Shown here in pieces: positions 11,517 through 26,300 of a DNA stretch of 64,000 nt. The notes under the pieces were generated by a model, which was not told the origin of the DNA, ran no database searches, and saw nothing but the letters and a program-made list of their open reading frames with translations. The translations under genes were made by a program, and so were the position numbers. Position 1 is the first letter of the stretch; the number at the start of each line of letters is the position of its first letter. The DNA is from Eledone cirrhosa (lineage: Eukaryota). Location of the stretch: positions 260,710,001 to 260,774,000 of the forward strand of contig OZ024741.1 of assembly GCA_964016885.1 (NCBI GenBank). Direction: 5' to 3'.

Positions 11517-14500
11517 TACGAGTGTTTCGACTTACGAGTGTTTCGACTTACGAGTGTTTTGACTTACGGTGTTTCGGCTTACGAGTGTTTCGACATACGA
11601 GTGTTTTGACGTACGGGTGTTTCGACTTACGGGTGTTTCGACTTAAGAGTGTTTCGACTTACGAGCGCTTCGACTTACGAGTGTTTCGGCTTACGAGTGT
11701 TTCGGCGTATGAGTGTTTCGACTTACGAGTCTTTCGGCTTACGAGTGTTTCGACTTACTAATGTTTTAACTTACGAGTGTTTCGGCGTACGAGTGTTTCG
11801 ACTTACGAGTGTTTCGACTTACGGGTGTTTTGAGTTACGGGTGTTTCGGCTTACGAGTGTTTCGACTTACGATTGTTTGGCTTACGAATGTTTCGGCTTA
11901 CGAGTGTTTCGACTTACGAGAGTTTTGACTTACGGTGTTTCGGCTTACGAGTGTTTCGACTTACGAGTGTTTTGACTTACGGGTGTTTTGACATACGAGT
12001 GTTTCGATACGAGTGTTCTGACTTACGAGTGTTCTGACTTACGAGTGTTCTGACTTACGGGTGTTCTGACTTACGAGTGTTCCGACTTACGAGTGTTTCG
12101 GCTTATGAGGGTTTCGACTTACGAGTGCTTCGGCTTACGAGTGTTTCGACTTACGAGTGTTTCGGCTTACGAGTGTTTCGACTTACGAATGTTTTGGCTT
12201 ACGAGTGTTTCGGCTTACGAGTGTTTCGACTTACGAGTGTTTCGACTTACGAGTGTTTTGACTTACGGTGTTTCGGCTTACGAGTGTTTCGACATACGAG
12301 TGTTTTGACGTACGGGTGTTTCGACTTACGGGTGTTTCGACTTAAGAGTGTTTCGACTTACGAGCGCTTCGACTTACGAGTGTTTCGGCTTACGAGTGTT
12401 TCGGCGTATGAGTGTTTTGACTTACGAGTGTTTCGACTTACGAGTGTTTCGACTTACGAGTGTTTCGACTTACGAGTGTTTCGACTTACGAGTGTTTTGA
12501 CTTACGAGTGTTTTGACTAACGGTGTTTCTACTTACGAGTGTTTCGACTTACGAGTGTTATGACTTACGGGTGTTTTGACATACGAGTGTTTCGATACGA
12601 GTGTTTCGACTTACGAGTGTTACGAGTGTTCTGACTTACGAGTGTTTCGACTTACGAGTGTTCTGACCTACGAGTGTTCTGACTTACGAGTGTTTCGACT
12701 TACGAGTGTTTTGACTTACGGGGGTTTCGACTTACGAGTGTTTCGAGTTACGAGTGTTTCGAGTTACGAGTGTTTCGACTTACGAGTGTTTTTACTTACG
12801 AATGTTCTGACTTACGGGTGTTTCGGCTTACGAGTGTTTCGACTTACGAGTGTTTTAACTTACGGGTGTTTCTACTTACGCGTGTTTCGACTTGCAAGTG
12901 TTTCGACTTACGAGTGTTTCGACTTGCAAGTGTTTCGACTTACGAGTGTTTCGACTACGAATGATCCGACTTACGAGTGTTTCGACTTACGAGTGTTTCG
13001 ACTTACGAGTGTTCTGACTTACGGGTGTTCCGACTTACGAGTGTTTCGGCTTACGATTGTTTTGACTTACGATTGTTTTGGCTTACGAATGTTTCGACTT
13101 ACGAGTGTTTCGACTTACGAGTGTTTTGACTTACGAGTGTTTTGTCTTACGGGTGTTTTGACATACGAGTGTTTCGATACGAGTGTTCTGACTTACGAGT
13201 GTTCTGACTTACGAGTGTTCTGACTTACGAGTGTTCTGACTTACGGGTGTTCTGACTTACGAGTGTTCCGACTTACGAGTGATTCGGCTTATGAGGGTTT
13301 CGACTTACGAGTGCTTCGGCTTACGAGTGTTTCGACCTACGAGTGTTTCGGCTTACGAGTGTTTTGACTTACGAATGTTTTGGCTTACGCGTGTTTCGGC
13401 TTACGAGTGTTTCGAATTACGAATGTTTCGACTTACGAGTGTTTTGACTTACGGTGTTTCGGCTTACGAGTGTTTCGACTCACGAGAGTTTTAACTTACG
13501 GGTGTTTCGACTCACGCGTGTTTCGACTTACGAATGTTCCGACTTACGAGTGTTTCGACTTACAAGTGTTTCGGCGTACGAGTGTTTCGACTTACGAGTG
13601 TTTTGACTTACGTGTGTTTCGGCTTACGAGTGTTTTGACTTACGAGTGTTTTGACTTACGAGTGTTTTGACTTACGGGTGTTTTGACATACGAGTGTTTC
13701 GATACGAGTGTTCTGACTTACGAGTGTTCTGACTTACGAGCGTTCTGACTTACGAGTGTTCTGACTTACGAGTGGTCTGACTTACGGGTGTTCTTACTTA
13801 CGAGTGTTCCGACTTACGAGTGTTTCAGCTTATGAGTGTTTTTACTTACGAGTGTTTCGGTGTACGAGTGTTTCGACTTAAGGATGTTTCGACTTACGAG
13901 TGTTTCGACTTACGTGTGTTTCGGCTTACGTGAGTTTCGACTTAAGAGTGTTCTGATTTACGAGTGTTCTGACTTGCGGGTGTTCTGATTTACGAGTGTT
14001 CCGAATTACGAGTGTTTCGGCTTATGAGTGTTTCGACTTACGAGTGTTTCGGCTTACGAGTGTTTCGACTTATGGGTGTTTTGACTTACGAGTGTTTTTA
14101 CTTACGGTGTTTCGGCTTACGAGTGTTTCGACATACGAGTGTTCAGACTTACGAGTGTTCCGACTTACGAGCGTTCCGACTTACGAGTGTTTCGACTTAC
14201 GAGTGTTAAGACTTACGGGTGTTTTGACATACGAGTGTTTCGATACGAGTGTTCTGACTTACGAGTGTTCTGACTTACGAGTGTTTTGACTTACGAGTGT
14301 TCTGACTTACGAATGTTCCGACTTACGAGTGTTCCGACTTACGAGTGTTTCGGCTTACGAGTGTTTCCGGCTTACGAGTGTTTCGACTTACGAGTGTTTT
14401 GACTTACGGTGTTTCGGCTTACGAGTCATTCAACTTACGAGTGTTTTGACTTACGGGTGTTTTGACTTACGGGTGTGGTGAATTACGAGTGTTCCGATTT

Positions 14501-17500
14501 ACGAGTGTTTTGACTTACGGTGTTTCGGCTTACGAGTGATTCGACTTACGAATGTTTTGACTTACGGGTGTTTCGGCTTGCGAGTGTTTCGACTTACGAG
14601 TGTTTCGGCTTATGAGTGTTTCGACTTACTAATGTTTTTACTTACGAGTGTTCTGACTTACGAGGGTTCCGACTTAAGAGTGTTCCGACTTACGAGTGTT
14701 TCGGCTTACGAGTGTTTCCGGCTTACGAGTGTTTCGACTTACGAGTGTTTCGACTTACGAGTGTTTTGACTTACGGTGTTTCGACTTACGAGTGATTCGA
14801 CTTACGAGTGTTTTGACTTACGGGTGTTTTGACTTACGGGTGTTGTGAATTACGAGTGTTCCGATTTACGAGTGTTTTGACTTACGGTGTTTCGGCTAAC
14901 GAGTGATTCGACTTACGAATGTTTTGACTTACGGGTGTTTCGGCTTACGAGTGTTTCGACTTACGAGTGTTTCGACTTACGGGTGTTTTGACTTAAGGGT
15001 GTTTCGACTTACAAGTGTTTCGACTTAGGAGTGTTTCGACTTACGAGTGTTCTGACTTACGAGTGTTCTGATTTACGGATGTTTCGACATACGAGTGTTT
15101 CGACTTACGAGTGTTTCGACTTACGAGTGTTTTGACTTACGGTGTTTCGGCTTACGAGTGTTTCGACATACGAGTGTTTTGACGTACGGGTGTTTCGACT
15201 TACGGGTGTTTCGACTTAAGAGTGTTTCGACTTACGAGCGCTTCGACTTACGAGTGTTTCGGCTTACGAGTGTTTCGGCGTATGAGTGTTTCGACTTACG
15301 AGTCTTTCGGCTTACGAGTGTTCCGACTTACTAATGTTTTAACTTACGAGTGTTTCGGCGTACGAGTGTTTCGACTTACGAGTGTTTCGACTTACGGGTG
15401 TTTTGAGTTACGGGTGTTTCGGCTTACGAGTGTTTCGACTTACGATTGTTTGGCTTACGAATGTTTCGGCTTACGAGTGTTTCGACTTACGAGAGTTTTG
15501 ACTTACGGTGTTTCGGCTTACGAGTGTTTCGACTTACGAGTGTTTTGACTTACGGGTGTTTTGACATACGAGTGTTTCGATACGAGTGTTCTGACTTACG
15601 AGTGTTCTGACTTACGAGTGTTCTGACTTACGGGTGTTCTGACTTACGAGTGTTCCGACTTACGAGTGTTTCGGCTTATGAGGGTTTCGACTTACGAGTG
15701 CTTCGGCTTACGAGTGTTTCGACTTACGAGTGTTTCGGCTTACGAGTGTTTCGACTTACGAATGTTTTGGCTTACGAGTGTTTCGGCTTACGAGTGTTTC
15801 GACTTACGAGTGTTTCGACTTACGAGTGTTTTGACTTACGGTGTTTCGGCTTACGAGTGTTTCGACATACGAGTGTTTTGACGTACGGGTGTTTCGACTT
15901 ACGGGTGTTTCGACTTAAGAGTGTTTCGACTTACGAGCGCTTCGACTTACGAGTGTTTCGGCTTACGAGTGTTTCGGCGTATGAGTGTTTTGACTTACGA
16001 GTGTTTCGACTTACGAGTGTTTCGACTTACGAGTGTTTCGACTTACGAGTGTTTCGACTTACGAGTGTTTTGACTTACGAGTGTTTTGACTAACGGTGTT
16101 TCTACTTACGAGTGTTTCGACTTACGAGTGTTATGACTTACGGGTGTTTTGACATACGAGTGTTTCGATACGAGTGTTTCGACTTACGAGTGTTACGAGT
16201 GTTCTGACTTACGAGTGTTTCGACTTACGAGTGTTCTGACCTACGAGTGTTCTGACTTACGAGTGTTTCGACTTACGAGTGTTTTGACTTACGGGGGTTT
16301 CGACTTACGAGTGTTTCGAGTTACGAGTGTTTCGAGTTACGAGTGTTTCGACTTACGAGTGTTTTTACTTACGAATGTTCTGACTTACGGGTGTTTCGGC
16401 TTACGAGTGTTTCGACTTACGAGTGTTTTAACTTACGGGTGTTTCTACTTACGCGTGTTTCGACTTGCAAGTGTTTCGACTTACGAGTGTTTCGACTTGC
16501 AAGTGTTTCGACTTACGAGTGTTTCGACTACGAATGATCCGACTTACGAGTGTTTCGACTTACGAGTGTTTCGACTTACGAGTGTTCTGACTTACGGGTG
16601 TTCCGACTTACGAGTGTTTCGGCTTACGATTGTTTTGACTTACGATTGTTTTGGCTTACGAATGTTTCGACTTACGAGTGTTTCGACTTACGAGTGTTTT
16701 GACTTACGAGTGTTTTGTCTTACGGGTGTTTTGACATACGAGTGTTTCGATACGAGTGTTCTGACTTACGAGTGTTCTGACTTACGAGTGTTCTGACTTA
16801 CGAGTGTTCTGACTTACGGGTGTTCTGACTTACGAGTGTTCCGACTTACGAGTGATTCGGCTTATGAGGGTTTCGACTTACGAGTGCTTCGGCTTACGAG
16901 TGTTTCGACCTACGAGTGTTTCGGCTTACGAGTGTTTTGACTTACGAATGTTTTGGCTTACGCGTGTTTCGGCTTACGAGTGTTTCGAATTACGAATGTT
17001 TCGACTTACGAGTGTTTTGACTTACGGTGTTTCGGCTTACGAGTGTTTCGACTCACGAGAGTTTTAACTTACGGGTGTTTCGACTCACGCGTGTTTCGAC
17101 TTACGAATGTTCCGACTTACGAGTGTTTCGACTTACAAGTGTTTCGGCGTACGAGTGTTTCGACTTACGAGTGTTTTGACTTACGTGTGTTTCGGCTTAC
17201 GAGTGTTTTGACTTACGAGTGTTTTGACTTACGAGTGTTTTGACTTACGGGTGTTTTGACATACGAGTGTTTCGATACGAGTGTTCTGACTTACGAGTGT
17301 TCTGACTTACGAGCGTTCTGACTTACGAGTGTTCTGACTTACGAGTGGTCTGACTTACGGGTGTTCTTACTTACGAGTGTTCCGACTTACGAGTGTTTCA
17401 GCTTATGAGTGTTTTTACTTACGAGTGTTTCGGTGTACGAGTGTTTCGACTTAAGGATGTTTCGACTTACGAGTGTTTCGACTTACGTGTGTTTCGGCTT

Positions 17501-18662
17501 ACGTGAGTTTCGACTTAAGAGTGTTCTGATTTACGAGTGTTCTGACTTGCGGGTGTTCTGATTTACGAGTGTTCCGAATTACGAGTGTTTCGGCTTATGA
17601 GTGTTTCGACTTACGAGTGTTTCGGCTTACGAGTGTTTCGACTTATGGGTGTTTTGACTTACGAGTGTTTTTACTTACGGTGTTTCGGCTTACGAGTGTT
17701 TCGACATACGAGTGTTCAGACTTACGAGTGTTCCGACTTACGAGCGTTCCGACTTACGAGTGTTTCGACTTACGAGTGTTAAGACTTACGGGTGTTTTGA
17801 CATACGAGTGTTTCGATACGAGTGTTCTGACTTACGAGTGTTCTGACTTACGAGTGTTTTGACTTACGAGTGTTCTGACTTACGAATGTTCCGACTTACG
17901 AGTGTTCCGACTTACGAGTGTTTCGGCTTACGAGTGTTTCCGGCTTACGAGTGTTTCGACTTACGAGTGTTTTGACTTACGGTGTTTCGGCTTACGAGTC
18001 ATTCAACTTACGAGTGTTTTGACTTACGGGTGTTTTGACTTACGGGTGTGGTGAATTACGAGTGTTCCGATTTACGAGTGTTTTGACTTACGGTGTTTCG
18101 GCTTACGAGTGATTCGACTTACGAATGTTTTGACTTACGGGTGTTTCGGCTTGCGAGTGTTTCGACTTACGAGTGTTTCGGCTTATGAGTGTTTCGACTT
18201 ACTAATGTTTTTACTTACGAGTGTTCTGACTTACGAGGGTTCCGACTTAAGAGTGTTCCGACTTACGAGTGTTTCGGCTTACGAGTGTTTCCGGCTTACG
18301 AGTGTTTCGACTTACGAGTGTTTCGACTTACGAGTGTTTTGACTTACGGTGTTTCGACTTACGAGTGATTCGACTTACGAGTGTTTTGACTTACGGGTGT
18401 TTTGACTTACGGGTGTTGTGAATTACGAGTGTTCCGATTTACGAGTGTTTTGACTTACGGTGTTTCGGCTAACGAGTGATTCGACTTACGAATGTTTTGA
18501 CTTACGGGTGTTTCGGCTTACGAGTGTTTCGACTTACGAGTGTTTCGACTTACGGGTGTTTTGACTTAAGGGTGTTTCGACTTACAAGTGTTTCGACTTA
18601 GGAGTGTTTCGACTTACGAGTGTTCTGACTTACGAGTGTTCTGATTTACGGATGTTTCGACA
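11517..18662 (+). repeat. 3573-bp near-exact tandem duplication (about 11517-15089 / 15090-18662)
   Basis: Identical ORF translations at 11649/15222, 12077/15650, 12576/16149, 13996/17569 and 14536/18109, with a constant offset of 3573. Confidence 0.9.
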
Positions 18663-19127
18663 TACGAGTGTTTCGACTTACGAGTGTTTCGACTTACGAG
18701 TGTTTTGACTTACGGGTGTTTTGACATACGAGTGTTTCGATACGAGTGTTTCGACTTACGAGTGTTCTGAATTACGAGTGTTCTGACTTACGAGTGTTCT
18801 GAATTACGAGTGTTCTGATTTACGAGTGTTCCGTCTTACGAGTCTTTCGGCTTACGAGTGTTTCGGCTTACGAGTGTTTCGACTTACGAGTGTTTCGACT
18901 TACGAGTGTTCCGACTTACGGGTGTTTCGACTTACGAGTGGTTTGGCTTACGGTGTTTCGGCTTACGAGTGTTTCGAGTTACGAGTGTTTTGACTTACGC
19001 GTGTTTTGACATACGAGTGTTTCGATACGAGTGTTCTGATTTACGAGTGTTCTGACTTACGAGTGTTCCGACTTTACGAGTGTTTCGGCTCACGAGTGTT
19101 TCGGCTTACGAGTGTTTCGACTTACGA

Positions 19128-19204
19128 AAATAACAAATAGACGCGGTTTCAAATCTCTATGATTTTCAAATTCATTACATTAATCTTTATTTATACGTTT
19201 CGCT
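19128..19204. repeat. 77-bp AT-rich element, copy 3
   Basis: Same sequence as 416-492. Confidence 0.95.
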
Positions 19205-22200
19205 TTACGAGTGTTTCGACTTACGAGTGTTTCGACATACGAGTGTTTCGACTTCCGAATGTTTTTGCTTACGGGTGTTTCGACTTACGAATGTTTCGGC
19301 TTACGAGTGTTTCGGCTTACGAGTGTTCCGACTTAGGAGTGTTTCGGCTTACGAGTGTTTCCGACTTACGAGTGTTTCGACTTACGAGTGTTTCGACTTT
19401 CGAGTGTTTTGACTTACGGTGTTTCGGCTTACGAGTGATTCGACTTACGAGTGTTTTGACTTACGGGTGTTTTGACTTACGGGTGTTGTGAATTACGAGT
19501 GTTCCGATTTACGAGTATTTTGGCTTACGGTGTTTCGGCTTGCGAGTGTTTCGACTTACGAGTGTTTCGGCTTATGAGTGTTTCGACTTACTAATGTTTT
19601 TACTTACGAGTGTTTCGGCGTTCGAGTGTTTTGCCTTACGAGTGTTTCGACTTAAGAGTGTTTTGACTTACGAATGTTTTGACTTACGGGTGTTTCGGCT
19701 TATGAGTGTTTCGACTTACGAGTGTTTCGACTTATGAGTGTTTCGACTTACGAGTGTTCTGACTTACGAGTGTTCTGACTTACGAATGTTCCGACTTACG
19801 AGTGTTTCGGTTTACGAGTGTTTCGACATACGAGTGTTTTGACTTACGGGTGTTTCGACTTACGGGTGTTTCGAATTACGAGTGTTTCGGCTTACGAGTG
19901 TTTCGACTTACTAATGTTTTTACTTACGAGTGTTTCGGTGTACGAATGTTTTGACTTAAGGATGTTTGGACTTACGAGTGTTTCGACTTACGAGTGTTTC
20001 GGCTTACGTGAGTTTCGACTTAAGAGTGTTCTGATTTACGAGTGTTCTGACTTGCGGGTGTTCTGATTTACGAGTGTTCCGACTTACGAGTGTTTCGGCT
20101 TATGAGTGTTTCGATTTACGAGTGTTTCGGCTTACGAGTGTTTCGACTTATGGGTGTTTCGACTTACGAGTGTTTTTACTTACGGTGTTTCGGCTTACGA
20201 GTGTTTCGACATACGAGTGTTTTGACTTACGGGTGTTTCGACTTACGAGTGTTTTGACTTACGAATGTTTTGACTTACGGGTGTTTCGGCTTACGAGTGT
20301 TTCGACTTACGAGTCTTTCGGCTTACGAGTGTTTCGACTTACTAATGTTTTTACTTACGAGTGTTTCGACTTACGAGTGTTTCGACTTACGAGTGTTTTG
20401 ACTTACGAATGTTTTGACTTACGGGTGTTTCGGCTTATGAGTGTTTCGACTTACGAGTCTTTCGGCTTACGAGTGTTTCGACTTACTAATGTTTTTACTT
20501 ACGAGTGTTTCGGCGTACGAGTGTTTCGACTTACGAGTGTTTCGACTTACGGGTGTTTTGACTTAAGGGTGTTTCGGCTTACGAGTGTTTCGACTTACGA
20601 GTGTTTTGACTTAAGGGTGTTTCGACTTACGAGTATTTTTGGCTTACGAGTGTTTCGACTTACGAGTGTTTTGACTTACGAGTGTTCTGATTTACGGATG
20701 TTTCGACATACGAGTGTTTCGATTTACGAGTGTTTCGACTTATGAGTGTTTCGACTTACGAGTGTTTCGGCTTACGAGTGTTTCGACTTACGAGTGTTTT
20801 GACTTACGGTGTTTCGGCTTACGAGTGTTTCGACTTACGAGTGTTTTGACTTACGGGTGTTTTGACATACGAGTGTTTCGATACGAGTGTTCTGACTTAC
20901 GAGTGTTCTGACTTACGAGTGTTTTGACTTACGAGTGTTCTGACTTACGAGTGTTCCGACTTACGAGTGTTCCGACTTACGAGTGTTTCGGCTTACGAGT
21001 GTTTCCGGCTTACGAGTGTTTCGACTTCCGAGTGTTTTGACTTACGGTTTTTCGGCTTACGAGTGATTCGACTACGAGTGTTTTGACTTACGGGTGATTT
21101 GACTTACGGGTGTTGTGAATTACGAGTGTTCCGATTTACGAGTGTTTTGACTTACGGTGTTTCGGCTTACGAGTGATTCGAGTTACGAATGTTTTGACTT
21201 ACGGGTGTTTCGGCTTGCGAGTGTTTCGGCTTATGGGTGTTTCGACTTACTAATGTTTTTACTTACGAGTGTTTCGGCGTACGAGTGTTTTGACTTACGA
21301 GTGTTTCGACTTACGAGTGTTTCGACTTACGAGTGTTTCGGCTTACGTGAGTTTCGACTTAAGTGTGTTCTGATTTACGAGTGTTCTGACTTGCGGGTGT
21401 TCTGATTTACGAGTGTTCCGACTTACGAGTGTTTCGTCTTATGAGTGTTTCGACTTACGAGTGTTTCGGCTTACGAGTGTTTCGACTTATGGGTGTTTCG
21501 ACTTACGAGTGTTTTTACTTACGGTGTTTCGGCTTACGAGTGTTTCGACATACGAGTGTTTTGACTTACGGGTGTTTCGACTTACGAGTGTTTTGACTTA
21601 CGAATGTTTTGACTTACGGGTGTTTCGGCTTACGAGTGTTTCGACTTACGAGTGTTTCGGATTACGATTGTTTCGACTTACTAATGTTCTTACTTACTAG
21701 TGTTTCGGCGTACGAGAGTTTTGACTTACGAGTGTTTCGAATTACGAGTGTTTCGACTTACGAGTGTTTTGACTTACGAATGTTTTGACTTACGGGTGTT
21801 TCGGCTTACGAGTGTTTCGACTTACGAGTCTTTCGGCTTACGAGTGTTTCGACTTACTAATGTTTTTACTTACGAGTGTTTCGGCGTACGAGTGTTTCGA
21901 CTTACGAGTGTTTCGACTAACGGGTGTATTGACTTACGGGTGTTTCGGCTTACGGGTGTTTTGACTTACGAGTGTTTTGACTTAAGGGTGTTTCGACTTA
22001 CGAGTATTTTTGGCTTACGAGTGTTTCGACTTACGAGTGTTTTGACTTACGAGTGTTCTGATTTACGGATGTTTCGACATACGAGTGTTTCGACTTACGA
22101 GTGTTTCGACTTATGAGTGTTTCGACTTACGACTGTTTCGACTTACGAGTGTTTCGGCTTATGAGTGTTTCGACTTACGAGTGTTTCGACTTACGAGTGT

Positions 22201-23292
22201 TTTGTCTTACGGGTGTTTTGACATACGAGTGTTTCGATACGAGTGTTCTGACTTACGAGTGTTCTGACTTACGAGTGTTTTGACTCACGAGTGTTCTGAC
22301 TTACGAGTGTTCCGACTTACGAGTGTTCCGACTTACGAGTGTTTCGGCTTACGAGTGTTTCCGGCTTACGAGTGTTTCGACTTACGAGTGTTTTGACTTA
22401 CGGTGTTTCGGCTTACGAGTGATTCGACTTACGAGTGTTTTGACTTACGGGTGTTTTGACTTACGGGTGTTGTGAATTACGAGTGTTCCGATTTACGAGT
22501 GTTTTGACTTACGGTGTTTCGGCTTACGAGTGATTCGACTTACGAATGTTTTGACTTACGGGTGTTTCGGCTTGCGAGTGTTTCGACTTACGAGTGTTTC
22601 GGCTTACGAGTGTTTCGACTTACTAATTTTTTTACTTACGAGTGATTCGGCGTACGAGAGTTTTGACTTACGAGTGTTTCGACTTACGAGTGTTTTGACT
22701 TACGAATGTTTTGACTTACTAATGTTTCGGCGTACGAGTGTTTCGACTTACGAGTGTTTCGACTTACGGGTGTTTTGACTTACGGGTGTTTCGGCTTACG
22801 AGTGTTTCGACTTACGATTGTTTGGCTTACGAATGTTTCGACTTACGAGTGTTTCGACTTACGAGAGTTTTGACTTACGGGTGTTTTGACATACGAGTGT
22901 TTCGATACGAGTGTTTCGACTTACGAGTGTTCTGAATTACGAGTGTTCTGACTTACGAGTGTTCTGAATTACGAGTGTTCTGATTTACGAGTGTTCCGTC
23001 TTACGAGTCTTTCGGCTTACGAGTGTTTCGGCTTACGAGTGTTTCGACTTACGAGTGTTTCGACTTACGAGTGTTCCGACTTACGGGTGTTTCGACTTAC
23101 GAGTGGTTTGGCTTACGGTGTTTCGGCTTACGAGTGTTTCGAGTTACGAGTGTTTTGACTTACGCGTGTTTTGACATACGAGTGTTTCGATACGAGTGTT
23201 CTGATTTACGAGTGTTCTGACTTACGAGTGTTCCGACTTTACGAGTGTTTCGGCTCACGAGTGTTTCGGCTTACGAGTGTTTCGACTTACGA

Positions 23293-23369
23293 AAATAACA
23301 AATAGACGCGGTTTCAAATCTCTATGATTTTCAAATTCATTACATTAATCTTTATTTATACGTTTCGCT
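23293..23369. repeat. 77-bp AT-rich element, copy 4
   Basis: Same sequence as 416-492; 4165 bp from copy 3. Confidence 0.95.
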
Positions 23370-26300
23370 TTACGAGTGTTTCGACTTACGAGTGTTTCGA
23401 CATACGAGTGTTTCGACTTCCGAATGTTTTTGCTTACGGGTGTTTCGACTTACGAATGTTTCGGCTTACGAGTGTTTCGGCTTACGAGTGTTCCGACTTA
23501 GGAGTGTTTCGGCTTACGAGTGTTTCCGACTTACGAGTGTTTCGACTTACGAGTGTTTCGACTTTCGAGTGTTTTGACTTACGGTGTTTCGGCTTACGAG
23601 TGATTCGACTTACGAGTGTTTTGACTTACGGGTGTTTTGACTTACGGGTGTTGTGAATTACGAGTGTTCCGATTTACGAGTATTTTGGCTTACGGTGTTT
23701 CGGCTTGCGAGTGTTTCGACTTACGAGTGTTTCGGCTTATGAGTGTTTCGACTTACTAATGTTTTTACTTACGAGTGTTTCGGCGTTCGAGTGTTTTGCC
23801 TTACGAGTGTTTCGACTTAAGAGTGTTTTGACTTACGAATGTTTTGACTTACGGGTGTTTCGGCTTATGAGTGTTTCGACTTACGAGTGTTTCGACTTAT
23901 GAGTGTTTCGACTTACGAGTGTTCTGACTTACGAGTGTTCTGACTTACGAATGTTCCGACTTACGAGTGTTTCGGTTTACGAGTGTTTCGACATACGAGT
24001 GTTTTGACTTACGGGTGTTTCGACTTACGGGTGTTTCGAATTACGAGTGTTTCGGCTTACGAGTGTTTCGACTTACTAATGTTTTTACTTACGAGTGTTT
24101 CGGTGTACGAATGTTTTGACTTAAGGATGTTTGGACTTACGAGTGTTTCGACTTACGAGTGTTTCGGCTTACGTGAGTTTCGACTTAAGAGTGTTCTGAT
24201 TTACGAGTGTTCTGACTTGCGGGTGTTCTGATTTACGAGTGTTCCGACTTACGAGTGTTTCGGCTTATGAGTGTTTCGATTTACGAGTGTTTCGGCTTAC
24301 GAGTGTTTCGACTTATGGGTGTTTCGACTTACGAGTGTTTTTACTTACGGTGTTTCGGCTTACGAGTGTTTCGACATACGAGTGTTTTGACTTACGGGTG
24401 TTTCGACTTACGAGTGTTTTGACTTACGAATGTTTTGACTTACGGGTGTTTCGGCTTACGAGTGTTTCGACTTACGAGTCTTTCGGCTTACGAGTGTTTC
24501 GACTTACTAATGTTTTTACTTACGAGTGTTTCGACTTACGAGTGTTTCGACTTACGAGTGTTTTGACTTACGAATGTTTTGACTTACGGGTGTTTCGGCT
24601 TATGAGTGTTTCGACTTACGAGTCTTTCGGCTTACGAGTGTTTCGACTTACTAATGTTTTTACTTACGAGTGTTTCGGCGTACGAGTGTTTCGACTTACG
24701 AGTGTTTCGACTTACGGGTGTTTTGACTTAAGGGTGTTTCGGCTTACGAGTGTTTCGACTTACGAGTGTTTTGACTTAAGGGTGTTTCGACTTACGAGTA
24801 TTTTTGGCTTACGAGTGTTTCGACTTACGAGTGTTTTGACTTACGAGTGTTCTGATTTACGGATGTTTCGACATACGAGTGTTTCGATTTACGAGTGTTT
24901 CGACTTATGAGTGTTTCGACTTACGAGTGTTTCGGCTTACGAGTGTTTCGACTTACGAGTGTTTTGACTTACGGTGTTTCGGCTTACGAGTGTTTCGACT
25001 TACGAGTGTTTTGACTTACGGGTGTTTTGACATACGAGTGTTTCGATACGAGTGTTCTGACTTACGAGTGTTCTGACTTACGAGTGTTTTGACTTACGAG
25101 TGTTCTGACTTACGAGTGTTCCGACTTACGAGTGTTCCGACTTACGAGTGTTTCGGCTTACGAGTGTTTCCGGCTTACGAGTGTTTCGACTTCCGAGTGT
25201 TTTGACTTACGGTTTTTCGGCTTACGAGTGATTCGACTACGAGTGTTTTGACTTACGGGTGATTTGACTTACGGGTGTTGTGAATTACGAGTGTTCCGAT
25301 TTACGAGTGTTTTGACTTACGGTGTTTCGGCTTACGAGTGATTCGAGTTACGAATGTTTTGACTTACGGGTGTTTCGGCTTGCGAGTGTTTCGGCTTATG
25401 GGTGTTTCGACTTACTAATGTTTTTACTTACGAGTGTTTCGGCGTACGAGTGTTTTGACTTACGAGTGTTTCGACTTACGAGTGTTTCGACTTACGAGTG
25501 TTTCGGCTTACGTGAGTTTCGACTTAAGTGTGTTCTGATTTACGAGTGTTCTGACTTGCGGGTGTTCTGATTTACGAGTGTTCCGACTTACGAGTGTTTC
25601 GTCTTATGAGTGTTTCGACTTACGAGTGTTTCGGCTTACGAGTGTTTCGACTTATGGGTGTTTCGACTTACGAGTGTTTTTACTTACGGTGTTTCGGCTT
25701 ACGAGTGTTTCGACATACGAGTGTTTTGACTTACGGGTGTTTCGACTTACGAGTGTTTTGACTTACGAATGTTTTGACTTACGGGTGTTTCGGCTTACGA
25801 GTGTTTCGACTTACGAGTGTTTCGGATTACGATTGTTTCGACTTACTAATGTTCTTACTTACTAGTGTTTCGGCGTACGAGAGTTTTGACTTACGAGTGT
25901 TTCGAATTACGAGTGTTTCGACTTACGAGTGTTTTGACTTACGAATGTTTTGACTTACGGGTGTTTCGGCTTACGAGTGTTTCGACTTACGAGTCTTTCG
26001 GCTTACGAGTGTTTCGACTTACTAATGTTTTTACTTACGAGTGTTTCGGCGTACGAGTGTTTCGACTTACGAGTGTTTCGACTAACGGGTGTATTGACTT
26101 ACGGGTGTTTCGGCTTACGGGTGTTTTGACTTACGAGTGTTTTGACTTAAGGGTGTTTCGACTTACGAGTATTTTTGGCTTACGAGTGTTTCGACTTACG
26201 AGTGTTTTGACTTACGAGTGTTCTGATTTACGGATGTTTCGACATACGAGTGTTTCGACTTACGAGTGTTTCGACTTATGAGTGTTTCGACTTACGACTG